Shown here: positions 49,299 to 62,309 of the stretch, piece by piece | Layout: every line of letters starts with the position of its first letter | Numbering within the stretch: the first letter of the stretch is position 1 | Origin: Octopus vulgaris | Lineage: Eukaryota | NCBI GenBank assembly: GCA_951406725.2 | Contig: OX597842.1 | Span: 4,774,001-4,838,000 of the forward strand | Reading direction: 5' to 3' | DNA length: 64,000 nucleotides | The notes under the pieces: model-generated | Told to the model about the DNA's origin: nothing | Databases searched by the model: none | What the model saw: the letters and a program-made list of their open reading frames with translations, nothing else | Position numbers and translations under genes: made by a program

Positions 49299-51180
49299 GG
49301 GAGAATTCACAAAAAAAAACAAAAGACGAAGATAGGTGGTGTAGACAACAAACAGATGTATTAGTTTAATGCTCGCGAAGTGAAAAAGTCTTTAATGTTT
49401 TGAGCCTACACTCTTCCACATAAAGGAATACAGAAAGAAACAAGGAGAGAAAATAAAGAATGTGTAGTGGCTCGCAATCTATCATGGCAGAAGGGTCACA
49501 CAGGAGAGCTAGGAAGAAGGGGAGATAATAAAGTAGTAGTGATCCCAAAGTGAAAGTTCGCGTGCATATGTATAAGAGAGTTTGTATGTGCATGTGGAAG
49601 AGGGCTGGTGACTTGACATGTGCATGTGTGTACGTGTAGGTGTGAAGATGTGGGGCTGGGAAGTGGTCAGTGCTAGTGTGTGTGTAGTGGTGTGATGTGA
49701 TGTGTTGTGTGGTATGATGGTGTAGGGGTGTGTAGTGTGGTGTGATGGTGTTGGGAGGTGGGGCAGACGAGAGTGTGGAAAGCAAGGGTGGGGGTAGAAG
49801 TGGGGTATATGGGTAAGCAGAGTGTGGGCGTAGAGGTGGTGTATGTAGGAGTGGGTGTAAGGGGTGGGGTGGGGTTGGTGGGGTTTGGAGGGAGGGGTGA
49901 CAGGAAGGAGAAGGTGTGTATGAGTGAAGAGAAGAGAGAAGGAGAGTAGGAGTGAAGAGAAGTAGGAGTTGGAGCAAGAGTGGAGATGTGGGTGGGAGGA
50001 AGTAGGGGTGAAGGGGAGAGAGGCGAGAGGAGGAGGTTAGATGAAGAGGGAAGGAGAGTTGAACCCATGTGGTGCAAAGGAGCAAAGAGGGAAGATTAAT
50101 TCCTGTTCATGGTGCAAACGGGAGTCCGGATGGCCCCTGTGCAAGGACAATCCAAACACGGTCAGGTGTTGCAAAGAGTGACCGGTAGAGTGGAAATGGC
50201 GCAAGACCGGGGTGTCATTGCCGAGATGGATGTCTTGGAGTTGTTCTTTGAACTGGTCAGCTAAGCGGCGTCTCATTTGTCCGATTTATAGAGAAGGGCA
50301 GAGAGAACAGGAGATTCAGTAGATAACATTGGTTGAAGTGCAGGTGAAGAAGTTGGTGGCGTGATAGGGTCGATGATGGGTGCCAGTGAGGAGGGTGGTG
50401 TTGGAGAGGTAAGGGCTAGTACATCAGCATGGGCAGGAGCAGGGGAATGAGCCGGGGTGTGAGGTTGGGGTAGGGAAGAAGCTATGGACGAAGAGGTCTC
50501 ATAGGTTATGGGTTTGTTTGAAGGATGGGAGGTGGGTCGGTTAGGGAAGATGTGTGAAGTGGAGGGGTTGGACTGGAGTCGCTGGAAGGCTCAGAGAATG
50601 GTGCATTGGAGAGGTAGGGTGGTGGGGTGGTAGTTGAGGAGAAACGGGAGACGGGTTCGGGGGAGAGAGCAGATGCATGGTCCATGGAACATGCTCTGGC
50701 AAGGGCAGTGTGGATAGTGGTGAGGGGATATCCATGTAAGGTGAAGTGGCGAACCATGAGTTGAGACTGAGTGTCAAAGTCATGTTTGTCACTACAGAGC
50801 CTGCATACGGAGGAATTGGGAATAGGGGATGGAAAGCTTGGTGTGTTTAGGGTGGGAGGAGAAGTTTAGATATGAGTGTGAGTCTGTGTGTTCATAGTGG
50901 ATAGAGGTGGTGAGAGTGGAGTGATGAATGCTAACCGAAATGTCAAGAAAAGAGACAGAGGTGTCAGAGATAGTGCAGGAGAAGTGGAGGGCAGGATGGA
51001 AGGATTTGACTAAAGTGAGGAAGGAGTCTAGAGGTTCGCGGGAGAGTGAGGTCGCACCAATACAGTCATCAGTATAATGGCCATATAGTTCAGGAGTGGG
51101 ACGAGTGTAACTTGAGAATATTTGGGCCTCAATGTAGCCAACGAACAGGTTCGCATAGCTGGGGCTCATTCTCATTCCCA
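49298..51180 (-). mobile_element. Penelope-like element: RT core to GIY-YIG to low-complexity 3' UTR
   Basis: MG...SPSYANLFVG, YTDD, FLDI, SHP..TKLSIPYSQFLR, FTCTSTNVIY.ISC..C..LYIGQ, R...EQ.LIF.L....P.GFN. 5' end abuts (TA)n. Confidence 0.9.
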
Positions 51181-51677
51181 TATATATATATACACACACA
51201 CACACACAAACACATATATCTAAGATATATATAGGTGCAGGAGTGGCTCTGTGGTAAGTAGCTTGCTTACCAACCACATGGTTCCAGGTTCAGTCCCACT
51301 GTGTGGTACCTTGGGCAAATGTCTTCTATTATAGCCTTGAGCCAACCAAAGCCTTGTGAGTGGATTTGGTAGACGGAAACTGAAAGAAGCCTGTCGTATG
51401 TGTGTGTGTGTGCATGTGTATGTTTTTGTGTCCATGTTTGTCCCTCTACCATCGCTTGACAACTGATGTTGGAGTGTTCACGTCCCCGTAACTAAGTGGT
51501 TTGGCAAAAGAGAACAATAGAATAAGTACTGGGCTTACAAAGAAGAACCTGCAGTCAAATGACTGAAACATGTAAAAGAATAAAAGAAAAAAGAAAAGAA
51601 TATACATATATTTTTATATATATATACATATATTAGAAGAAATAAGGTACTCAGAAATCTGGATGATTGGATCATTT

Positions 51678-52262
51678 CCTTTTGAACGGCACTTTGTAAC
51701 ATAATTTCTAGGTAACTAAAAAGTTTTAAACTTAGTATACTGGTAGAATGTGTTTATAAAACATCATTTTCTCTTGGCTTTATTGAGAAAATTCTATAGT
51801 TTGTAAGAAATTTCGAGCATTTCGGCAATTTTAACCAATTGATTACCTCCATTTAGGTAAATAACATTCTGTGCATAATGAATATGTCCCTCCTTTAAGA
51901 AACAGATTGGGTTTATTTACATTTGTGAAGAAAAAAAGATACCCTTCCCCCCACCCTTAACACTAACCCTAACCCTAACCCTAACTCACCCTAACTCTAA
52001 AATAGATTGAAATGCAATAGATCGATACTGGGGCCATAATTATGGGTGACATTTTCATTTGACACCGCTAGAAAAAAATCCCATTTTCCGTAGCAGTGTC
52101 GTATGAATTTGTCACCCATAATTATAACCCTAGTATCGATCTATTGCATTTCAATCTATTTTAGATTTAGGGTTAGAGTTAGGGGTGGGGGAAGGGTATC
52201 TTTTTTTCTTCTCAAATGTAAATAAACCCAATCTGTTTCTTAAATGAAGGACATATTCATAC
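51678..52262. mobile_element. Interspersed element with (CCCTAA)n tract and a fold-back duplication
   Basis: 51880-52075 is mirrored by 52088-52262. Contains accctaaccctaaccctaac at about 51966-51995. Confidence 0.6.
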
Positions 52263-52289
52263 AGATGTTTTCCAGAAAAATTTGTTCTA

Positions 52290-52850
52290 CTTTTGACAAA
52301 TGGTTGCCGAGCAGGAAACAGAAAATAGAAAATTCAGGAGGAAAAAGAAATTTTTTAACACAGGTGACAAAGTGTATTTTAAAATATATAGTAATTAAAA
52401 ACAGGACTGGGAACAAGGAAGTATAACTGGACATCTGGGTAACGTGATGTACATGGTAAAAGGACCAAAATATGAACACAGAAGGTATTTAAACCAATTA
52501 ATAAAAAGATATACCAAAAACCAAGAGAGGCTAGAAGAACCAATGGATTTAGGGTATGATTTGTTTGAGGTCCCAGAACCACAAGCAAAAGCAGAACCAA
52601 CACGTAGGTCTAACAGGAAGAGAAAACCTACAGAAATGATGGAAATTAACGCTAAGAGAAAAAGATATACCAGTTTCTCACCGAGGAAATAAAATTGATA
52701 AATTTGGGCTTAAAAAACTCAAAAGGGGGAGGTGTTGTGTGGATGCCCCCAGACAATGAAGTAGGCTAGCCCAATATGTAGATATAGAGGGAGAAGTCTA
52801 GACGTCGAAGGTTGAGTAGAGGTCATCGGAACATGCAATATAACAGATAT
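52290..52850 (+). mobile_element. Gypsy-like LTR retrotransposon 3' remnant
   Basis: GNVMYMV...RRYLNQL...RRSNRKRKP integrase-type tail, then polypurine tract aaaagggggagg followed by TGTTG (LTR start at about 52733). Confidence 0.65.
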
Positions 52851-53037
52851 ATATATTAGGACTATTTTATCCATTCTCTCCAGACCTTTCCTCTTCTTTC
52901 TGATGAAGAATCATGCTCGAAACATCAATCCACCTCTTTTTTCCATCTTAAACTGAGTGTCAACCTAATGCATTCACTGTGTGTGTCCTTTTGACTACTG
53001 TTATTTTTGCATTTTTCTTTCTTGATTTGCCTGCATA

Positions 53038-54003
53038 TACAGGGCGTCCCTAAATTAAGTTGACCAACTGTTTTCAGTTTTGCCAAATCAAAATATTGTT
53101 ATATTCTGGGTCCAAGTTTTGCCAAGCAATGGTAAAGGAAACACAATTATGACACTACCACTTTATTCAATATAACTATCTCTGTTTCAAATCATAGCCT
53201 TAAGTCTAGGTACAAATGCTTCACATGTGGCACACAACTGTTCCTGCACAGTTTTGCTTGCAGAGCATCAAACAAAGCATGAGAAGTGCTTGAGATCCTT
53301 GTCTCCAAAATGGATCAAACAGAAAAATTCAACAGGTTGAGATTGGGGCTTCTTGAGGGCTATACAACCTTGCCTATGAGTGATGGAATTTTTTTCTGAA
53401 TCCAGTGTCTGTTTGGAGCTGTGGGATGGTGGCAAGTCCTGCTGGAGGCTCCAAGATGCACCTTCAAAGTGCTCATTTACCCATGGAAGCAGTTCAGCCT
53501 CCAGAATGTTGCTAACATATCCCTGAGTGTTAATTTTAAAACACGAGGGCACAAAAATGAAGAGAGACCTTCCAGTGACTGTCACAACCACCCAAACCAT
53601 AACTGACTGTGGATTTTGATGTCAATTTATGAGTCTACCCTCGACAGAGCCAGATACACTCCAAAGCTGGTCATTCTGATGGTTTACTGTCTGTTTGATG
53701 TCAAATTTCTTTTCATCAGTGAAAACCAAGTTGGGCAGCATGCTTTCGGTAATGTGATGATTTCTCTCCAGTCTCATGGACATATAAACTTGCTTGAGAT
53801 CATGACGGTGGATCATGTTTTAGGGGGTTGGTCCTGAGATCCTTCTTTAGCACTTGATACATCAATGTTCAGCTTATTTTTGCTGTAACAGCCAGTATTC
53901 TAACACAACAATGAGGATTTTGCCGTATCTTTTCTCTGGTGGTTTTCATAAGCTGAAGAGTCCATGCACTTCTTTTTTGGCCATGTCCAGGTCGATCAGT
54001 GGG
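53038..54003 (-). mobile_element. maT/DD37D-like Tc1-mariner remnant
   Basis: LVFTDEKKF..NHQND, MVW...G...FV...KIN...Y...ILE..LLPW...QQD..PSH. Terminus tacagggcgtccc. Confidence 0.75.
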
Positions 54004-54442
54004 CTAGGGTAATCCTATATTAGAAGGAGAGAGAATGAGAAAAAGTGAGGGTGACTAGAAGGGAGGAATAGATATGGATGGGGAGAAAGGCTGAGGGAGT
54101 CATTGAAAAAAAAGAGCAGTATGGGTCTCTTATGGGTATGTGAGGTGCATAATGATGAGAAAGGGTGCTGAGGAAGTAGAGAAGCTGTAGGAATGGGAGG
54201 GGAGAGAGAGAAAAGGAGGTAGAAACATATATATATATAACAGGAAGGTTTATGAAAATAAACAAAAGACGAAGGCAGGTGGAGTACAAACAAACAAATG
54301 TATTAGTATGGCGCTCAGGAATAGAAATAGAACAAGTCTTTTACGTTTTGAGCCTACGCTCTTCGACAGAAAGATACACAGAAAAGAAACAAGGAGAGAA
54401 AAAAATGCATGTAGGAGCTAACGGTCCATCATGGCGTATTTT

Positions 54443-54545
<103 letters not shown>

Positions 54546-54774
54546 GGGTATGGAGATGTATTATTTGCATAGTAAGTGACTTGATCTGAGAATGTGGGCT
54601 GAAATGAGATGCAGTACGAAGTTTTGTCAGTGAACAGGTCACGGTTTCAAAGTGACGAAAATATTTTGACAAAAATTAAATTTAAATGTTGAGGTAAATC
54701 TTGCGGTTTTGTGTCTTTTTAAATGTCTTATAAACACCTTCCATGCGGCAATTATATATATATATATATATGCA

Positions 54775-55203
54775 CCTGTGCATACCTTCCTTCTTGTGAC
54801 ACTTGTGAAGACCTGTTGAGGCAAGTGAAAATCAAACCAAATCAATAGATGAACATCAATGGAATTTGTATCTTTGTGGTACCAGTGCCGGTGGCACATA
54901 AGAAAACCATCCAAACGTGGCCGTAGCCAGTACCGCATCGACTGGCCTCCGTGCTGTGGGCACGTAACAAACACCATCCTATTGTGGCCGTTCGCCAGCC
55001 TCATCTGGCACCTGTGTCGGTGGCACATAAAATCACCCACTACACTCTCGGAGTGGTTGGCGTTAGGAAGGGCATCCAGCTGTAGAAACACTGCCAGATC
55101 TGACTGGCCTGGTGCAGCCTTCGGGCTCCCCAGACCCCAGTTGAACCGTCCAACCCATGCTAGCATGGAAAGCGGACGTTAAACTATGATGATGATGATG
55201 ATG
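54775..55203 (+). mobile_element. RTE LINE 3' UTR with (GAT)n tail
   Basis: Same family as 20700-21190. Further 3' fragments at about 4115, 12355, 13220, 17550, 18700, 25795, 26890, 37945, 58700 and 61220. Confidence 0.85.
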
Positions 55204-55224
55204 GGGATATATATATATGTATAA

Positions 55225-55652
55225 GCGGTGTTATTGTATGGGGCTGAGACATGGCGAACAACAGTTAAGTCAAATAAGCAAATACAATCATTCATCAACA
55301 GATGCTTGCGTAGTATACTTAAAATTAGATGGCCCAAACACATAAGCAATATGGAGCTATGGCAAAGAACAAATCAAGTTTCGATTAGGGAGCAAATAGT
55401 TAAGAAAAAGTGGAAGTGGATTGGTGGATGAATTAGAAAAGACACACCAAATGTAGGGAAAAGTGCTTTACAGTGGAATCCGGATGGATATAGAAGAAAG
55501 GTAGGCCTAAGAACTTGTGGCGGAGATCAACACAAAAGGAACTAGAGAAAGGGGGACATTCATGGCAGAGTATAAGTACAGAAGCCAAAAATTATGCGAC
55601 ATGGAATTCAATTGCGAGTGGCCTATACTCTGTGATGGAGAGTTAAAGGCAT
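55225..55652 (+). mobile_element. Third RTE-like family, C-terminal fragment
   Basis: LLYGAETW...[24 protein letters not shown]...KKWKWIG. Confidence 0.8.
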
Positions 55653-57546
55653 AAAGAAAGAAAATATATACATATATATATATGCATACACACATGTGTT
55701 ACAGCTTCTTAATCTCTACCCTCCTGCGAGTGTATGTTTTACCATTTACTATCGAGTTTTCTGTAGCATTGTATATCACCAGAGAGTACACTTCTTTTTC
55801 ATCTCCTCTATGAGATGCAGCATCTTTAGGTCAGCTTCCACCACTTCATTCTAACTAAGTCTTCCTTGGTCTCTTTCTCATACTCAGTTTTTCTCTCAAC
55901 TCTACTCTGGTACTCTTTTACATATCTTCAGTGCAAACTAGTTTCGGTTCTTCCCAGTCCTCACAAATCTGCATTCTTGGCTCAAGTCTCGCTTACCATG
56001 CAGCTTTGCAGTTCTAACACAAACATCATTCAATCTACCTTACACTCTGAAGGAAAAGACTTTTGTCACCAGCAGCAATAACACTGTGTAACATGAGTTT
56101 TGTCCTTTATTCCTTGTTGCTTACCCTTAGAAAGTATGAAAAAGGGATAATATTTCCTTCAAAACTTAGCTTTTGTTACAATATTTATCCAAGCCCCAAA
56201 GAATCCCTCTCAACACATGGCTATGATGCTCTCCCACTATTCCTACTTATTATCCGAGATGCACATATCATCAACCACCAAGAGACATGCTCAAGTAATT
56301 AAAGTCAAGCAACTGACAAGCAAATCTGTGGTATTGAGCAGAATATTTGCTATAACAATATTTCTCCTTCAGTAACTCAGTGCTGAATCTGTGTGAAATG
56401 TAATGGAGAATAGGTGAGTTTCAAAACATTGATGTATCATTGACAAAAGCAAAATTTGAAGGGAATAGAAATCATTTCCTCTGATTTCAAGACAGAAGCA
56501 AATAAGCAATAACAATTACTGGCCAAATCCCCTTCCCCAAATTGATATTTTGTCACACTGTGTAATAACTCTCTGAGCTTTTTCTAAGCCATTCTTACCC
56601 AAGCTACTATATTTTCAGAGCAACCACCTCCTGTGAATATCAGATGACAGAAGCTATTAACTACTTCTTGTGAGCCATCTGGACATTTAAATGTATTTAT
56701 TTCCAGTGTGTTCTTAGTGCAGATAGTTTCAGTACATCTGTTACATACAAAGCTTTCCTTTGTTGTTAGTCTTCCTGTGATTACATTACACCTTTTGGAT
56801 GTCTATAGCTTACAATCTATGGTGTTTCCACCAACTCCTTTTCTGCATTTTTTTTTCTTTTTTTAAAGTTTCAGCTCAGAGCTGTGGCCATGCTGATGCA
56901 CCACCGTTATTGAGCAAGATCATTTCCCTGTCTTCTTTCCTCTGTCCTAATATTTCTCTCCATCTCTGTCACAGAACAGAGTTTATGTGGTGAGCTGCTT
57001 TATACCTTTTCTTGTTCTTTATTGAAATCTTTTCTTCTTTAAGTCTCTTTCTTTCCTTCCTCTTCCATCAATTGCATCTATTTTGTGTTTCCTTTTTAAA
57101 ATATATCCTTTTTTTTTACCAATTTATTCCCTTCTCTTTCTTTCCCTTTTCCACTCTCTGTCACTCTAAGACTATCAACACCTTTTCACTCCCCTGTGAT
57201 ACTTTCTCTCTCTCTCTCTCTCTCCCCACCAATCATAGCTTGGTAACAGTTTAAGTAAAAGATTTGGTTAATATACTGCAATTGATATATGAGCAAATTT
57301 TAATTAAGTGAGAAGACAAATTCTATGAATGTGTTTTGAAATTATGGTAAAATGTTGTCTCTCTCTCTATATAGGATGGGCTTCTTTCAGTTTCTGTCTA
57401 CCAAATCCACTCACAATGCTTTGGTCGGCCCGAGGCTAAAGTAGAAGACACTTGCCCAAGGGGCCATGCAGTGGGACTGAACCTGGAACTATGTGGTTTG
57501 TAAGCGAGCTACTTACCACACAGCCACTTCTGCGCCTATATATATA

Positions 57547-58660
57547 TATTGGGTCACCCCATAAATAATGTGTTTTTTTTATACTTCTTTTATTTTTCAA
57601 AATTAAGATATGCTCTTCCATCTATCTGGTAGACTTGCAAGGCCCCTCTTTTAAAATTCCCTTTGCCATGATGAAAAATACTCCTCCAGTACTGTTCTGA
57701 CCTCATCTACAGAATTCATATTTTTTCTATCCAAATGACTTTGAAGACAGCAGAATAAATGATAATCAGATGGGGCAATATCTGGCAAATATGGTGGGTG
57801 GGGCATTGTTACCCATTCAAACTGTTCCAGTGTTTGGAATGTCATCCTTGCTGTATGTGGTCGAGCATTATCCTCTTAGAAGAACACTTTTCATCTTGAA
57901 ACCAAAGCTGGTCGTTTTACTTCTAGTATTGACTTAAGCCACTCAAGCTGTTCACAGCAGATCTCCTTTGTTATCATTTGGTTTGGGTTTAAAAGTTCAA
58001 AGTGGATTAAGCCTTTCATATCCCACGAAAAAGATAACAACACCTTACGTGGGTGAAGACCTTCTTTAGCCTGGGGTGCTGGTGTTTCTCCTTTCCCTAC
58101 CCACTGTCTTCGGCACTTGACATTTTTATAAAGAATCCATTTCATGTCACCAGTTCCTATTTGGTCCCCCAAAAGGTTCATTCATGAGACATGACTGCAA
58201 AGAAGAGAACACATTCACTCTCTGCGATTAAACTCGGAAAGTTTGTGAGGAAGCCATTGATCCAATTTTCTGATTTTTCCTATGATGAATGGTTGAATGA
58301 CTAAATCCAAGCTTCTCTGCTAGTTCCTCAACAGTTACAATGAGATTTTGTTCCACTAGGATTTGCAGGACATCCTCATTGAGTTCTATAGATCTTCCAC
58401 GATGAGGCTCGTCTTCTAGGCTGTAGTTTCTAGCTCGGAATTTCTGGAACCACTGTTGATACTGGCTTATGCTTATTGTCTGTTCCCCATATTCTGCATT
58501 AATATTCCTCACACTTTCTGTTGTGTTGTTGCCTTTATTGAACTCTAAAGCAAAATATGCCCCTTTGTCGCTTCCATTATAGCTTTGAAAAAATAACTGT
58601 CAAAATGAACTGCACTCTTCAAAACTTGGACTAAGAATAAAACAAGGTAAAATTACTACC
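57547..58660 (-). mobile_element. mariner (D,D34D) transposon, decayed
   Basis: HPPYLPDIAPSDYHLF, TGD.KWILY.N, LHPRKVLL..WD.KG, WFQKFR....LEDE...GR. Terminus ta-ttgggtcaccccataa. Confidence 0.9.
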
Positions 58661-59061
58661 AGCTTTTATAGCAAGTGTGTGTGTTTATTGGTAATTTGCT
58701 GTGCTTGAGAAGACACATCAAACTAAGTGAACTAGTAGGCATGGCTAGTACTGATGACACGTAAAAAGCACCCATGCCACTGATACATATAAGACACCTG
58801 TGCTGATACACATAAAAGGCACCTGTACCAGTGACACATAAAAGACACCTGTACTGACAGCATGTAATAGGTACCTGTGCCTGCTGGTGACATGCAAAAG
58901 ACACCCAGTACACTCTGTGGATTGGTTAGGAAGGGCATCCAGCCATAAGAAATCACACCAAAACAAACAATTGGAGCCTGGTGCAGCTCTCCAGCTTACC
59001 AGCCCCAGTCAAGCTATTTTACTCATGCCAGCATTAACTGATGGTGATGGTTATTCCTTGG

Positions 59062-60531
59062 TTTCGCATCCACAGAGGCCTTAACTTTGTGAATGACTTT
59101 TCAGACTCTAAAACTGAAGACAAATGTAACTGTTCACCCCTGGGAGGCAGGAATCCATTACAGTCATTTGGTCAGTAATCAAAGAATAAATAGTCTGGGG
59201 TCAGTGAGGAGTGGGTATCTGCCTTAGACCAGTTTTTTGTGGGTTGAAAGGGAGAATAAGGATTTATCATTTGGGCTGCCTTTGGATCATAAGAACCCTT
59301 CCAGGTCTGCTCAGAGAATAGGGAATTCTATGCTTGCAGCATGTAGCATTTGGAATGGATGCAAAGACTATAAATCTCTTGGTGAGCATTCAGTGATCCA
59401 GGTTTCTGGGAGTCTTTGAGTATCCTTGCTCACTCAATAATACAAAGCTTGTAGTGTTTGCTTCCATTAATGTAGGCTTCTCTTAGATCTTCCACTTTAT
59501 ATTATATGGGGTCCCTTCATCTTTAAGGCACTACATGTGGCTGGCCAGGGATCATGAATGAGGACCTATGGCTATCCCAGACGATGCTTAGGTGTTAGCT
59601 GTGCTCACATTACTGGCACGTCTTCGGTTGGCTCCAAGTCTGGTGGTCTTATTGTTGCTGGGGCTGCCATTATCATTACAAGGCATGGGTTCAGTGATAT
59701 TGCTGTGGCTGTTGCCGTTGTGGTGGCCACTCCTGGCCATGGTGCTACTTTCACTACTAGTGATGTGGGTGCTGTCATTAGTAATATTGGCCATGGGGCC
59801 AGTGGCCTTGCTGGTACTGTGGTTGTCAGCATGGTCATCCTCTCTGTCTGTAGTGCTGGTGCTGGGGTCATTGGCACTGGAGCTTGTGCTGGGGTCATTG
59901 GTGTCAGTGCTAGTGTTTCTACTGCTGTTGCCAATACCATTTGGATTATCCCTTATTACAATTACTATGCTTGCAAGGTCTGGGTATTGCTACAGCTTCA
60001 TAGATGAAACCCTTGACCTTGCATTAGCCCCCTACTGGACAGTCATTCTACACCCTGCAAGAGCAACCAGCCACCTCCTGTGTTTTATGGGTATTAGCTG
60101 ATATACTTTTAATGTTGGGTGCACAAAGGGGACCCTTAGATTGTGCCTATTGAACAAACACCCATCTCTGTGTGTCTGCATGAAGTGTTTGCCTACTAAT
60201 ATGAGGAATATTCTTCCCATGTAATTCTTGACATTGAGTGAGAAGGGTAGGGTAAATCAAGTGATGTTCCAGCAGCACTTCCTTTTGTAGTTGCTAGGGG
60301 CTGGAATGTAGGAGATGCAGCCCTTAAAATTACTGGATGTCAGTGCCTCATTGTAGTAAGAGGCATTGTCCTCAAAACTTTCTTGACTTGATAGATCCAA
60401 GATTCTCTTGCTGACACCTTTCACTAGATTCTTGAACATGATAGGGAGTGGCCTCTCATAGGTGAAGACTTACATTTGTCTTCAGTTGTTGAGTTATTCA
60501 TGAGGTTAAGGCCTCTGTGGATGCAAAACCA
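59062..60531 (-). mobile_element. Penelope-like element with inverted terminal duplication
   Basis: SKRI..LSS...YYNEAL..S, F..PFS.NV....GRIFL.LV.KHF, IKWKI...NGSK..KLC..E. 59062-59130 is mirrored at 60470-60531. Confidence 0.75.
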
Positions 60532-60819
60532 TTGGTCACTCTACCACTGGACAACAGCTTGACCACTTATATAATTTAATACACACAGTATAAATATAAG
60601 AGCTAATAATAGTTTCTTGCTGTGAAGATATGTGGCTTGGCAGGTTTTTATAACATACCTTGTGTCTCCAAGCAATCCCTAGGCTCTGAGCACATGGTTT
60701 GTTCTGTTTGAAAATCAGGATTCTGGTACATGAGAAATCATGAGAAAAAATGAGAAGAAGGTTGATGCAAAAAGTGGCAGGGTGAATATTGACCATACTA
60801 ATTTTTCTTTTGGATCTTT

Positions 60820-61210
60820 ACCTTCTGAGTTCCAATTTTGCCATGGTCAATTTTACATTTCATCCTTTCAGATTGATAAAATAAGTACCAGTTAAGTACT
60901 TGAGTCAATATAATAAACCTTTCCACATTCCCCAAGATTTCTAGCCTTGTGCCTAAATTAGAAACCGTTATTTAAGGCAGAGAACTGGCAGAATCCTTAG
61001 CACAAAACACTTGGTGGCTTTACTCCCAGCTTTATGCCCTGAGTTCAATTACTGGTGAGGTAAATGCTGCTCTTCATCCTTTCTGGGTTGATAAAATGAA
61101 ATGCCAATTGAAAACTAGAGTTGATGTAATTGATCAGCCCCTCCCCACGAAACTTCAGGTTTTGAGTCAATAGTAGAAAGAATTATTTTAAAGGTGATGA
61201 GCTGGCAGAA
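60820..61210 (+). mobile_element. Tandem diverged SINE B array
   Basis: Head-to-tail units restarting at aaggcagagaactggcagaa (about 60974) and aaggtgatgagctggcagaa (about 61191). Confidence 0.7.
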
Positions 61211-61894
61211 TTGTCGTTGTCATCATCATCATCCTCATCATCATTTAGTGTCTATTTTCCACATTGGCATGGACGGCTTGACAGGGACTGGTAAGGCTCG
61301 GAGCTGTACCAGGTTCCATAGTCTATTTTGGCTTGGTTTTTACAGCTGGATGCCCTTCCTAATGCCAACCACTTTACAAATTGTACCAGGTACTTTTTAT
61401 GTGACACCATTACCAGTGCTTTTCAAATGGTACAATCACCAGTGCTGTTTACATGAAACCATCACCCACACAAATGCTTTTTATGAGGCATCTTGGTTTT
61501 AGGATCTCAATTCTGTTGGGGAGGGGGAAGTCTTCTTCAGTTCACCAATGTACCACGTATGTCACTCCTCTGTCATCTCGTGGTTTTTCTTCTCATTTTA
61601 TGCTCCAAGTTCAAATGTCATTGAGGTTGACATTGCCTTTTATCCTTTCAGGGTTGATGAAATAAAATGCCAGTTGAAAATTGGGGTTGATGTTATCAAC
61701 TCATACATAAAATTCCAGTCCAGGAATTGAAATCACAATCTTACAATCATCAGTGCTACACTCTAACCACAAATCCACACTCACACAGATGTGCATGTAT
61801 CCAGCAGGCATCTGCACCCAAAGAAATCATGTCAGTGCCTGTTGTAGCTGTACAGGCTCATACGGGAGTGGCAGTCGTTCATACAGCAACTGCA

Positions 61895-62090
61895 GTGGAG
61901 GCACAATGGCCCAGTGGTTAGGGCAGTGGACTCGCGGTCAGAGGATCACGGTTTCGATTCCCAGACTGGGCATTGTGTGTGTTTATTGAGTGAAAACACC
62001 TAAATCTCCACGAGGCTCCAGCAGGGGGTGGTGGCGACTCCTGTTGTACTCTTTTGTTCCAACTTTCTCTCACTCTTTCTTTCTGTTTCT
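61895..62090 (+). mobile_element. tRNA-derived SINE family D
   Basis: tggcccagtggttagggcagtggactcgcgg...ggtttcgattccc tRNA-like head followed by a non-tRNA body. Confidence 0.7.
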
Positions 62091-62309
62091 TGTCCCCGAC
62101 TTCCTATGCAACCGCTGAGCCTAGATGCACATTCATCCATCCATCGATGCTCTCGGTGTCGGGGATTGACCTGCTTTCTTTTTTTTGCGGGTTTTACGAA
62201 CAGCAAAGGACCACGTTTTGGACTACAGACAATCCTGAATGCGCTATCTTGCGAGCTCTGGGATGAAGACCGCTTCACTCAACAAACAAACAGCGACTGC
62301 ATTTGAAAG

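Noticed and set aside
51955-52000. True telomere or chromosome fusion site
   Set aside because: Only a few degenerate units, embedded in an interspersed element.
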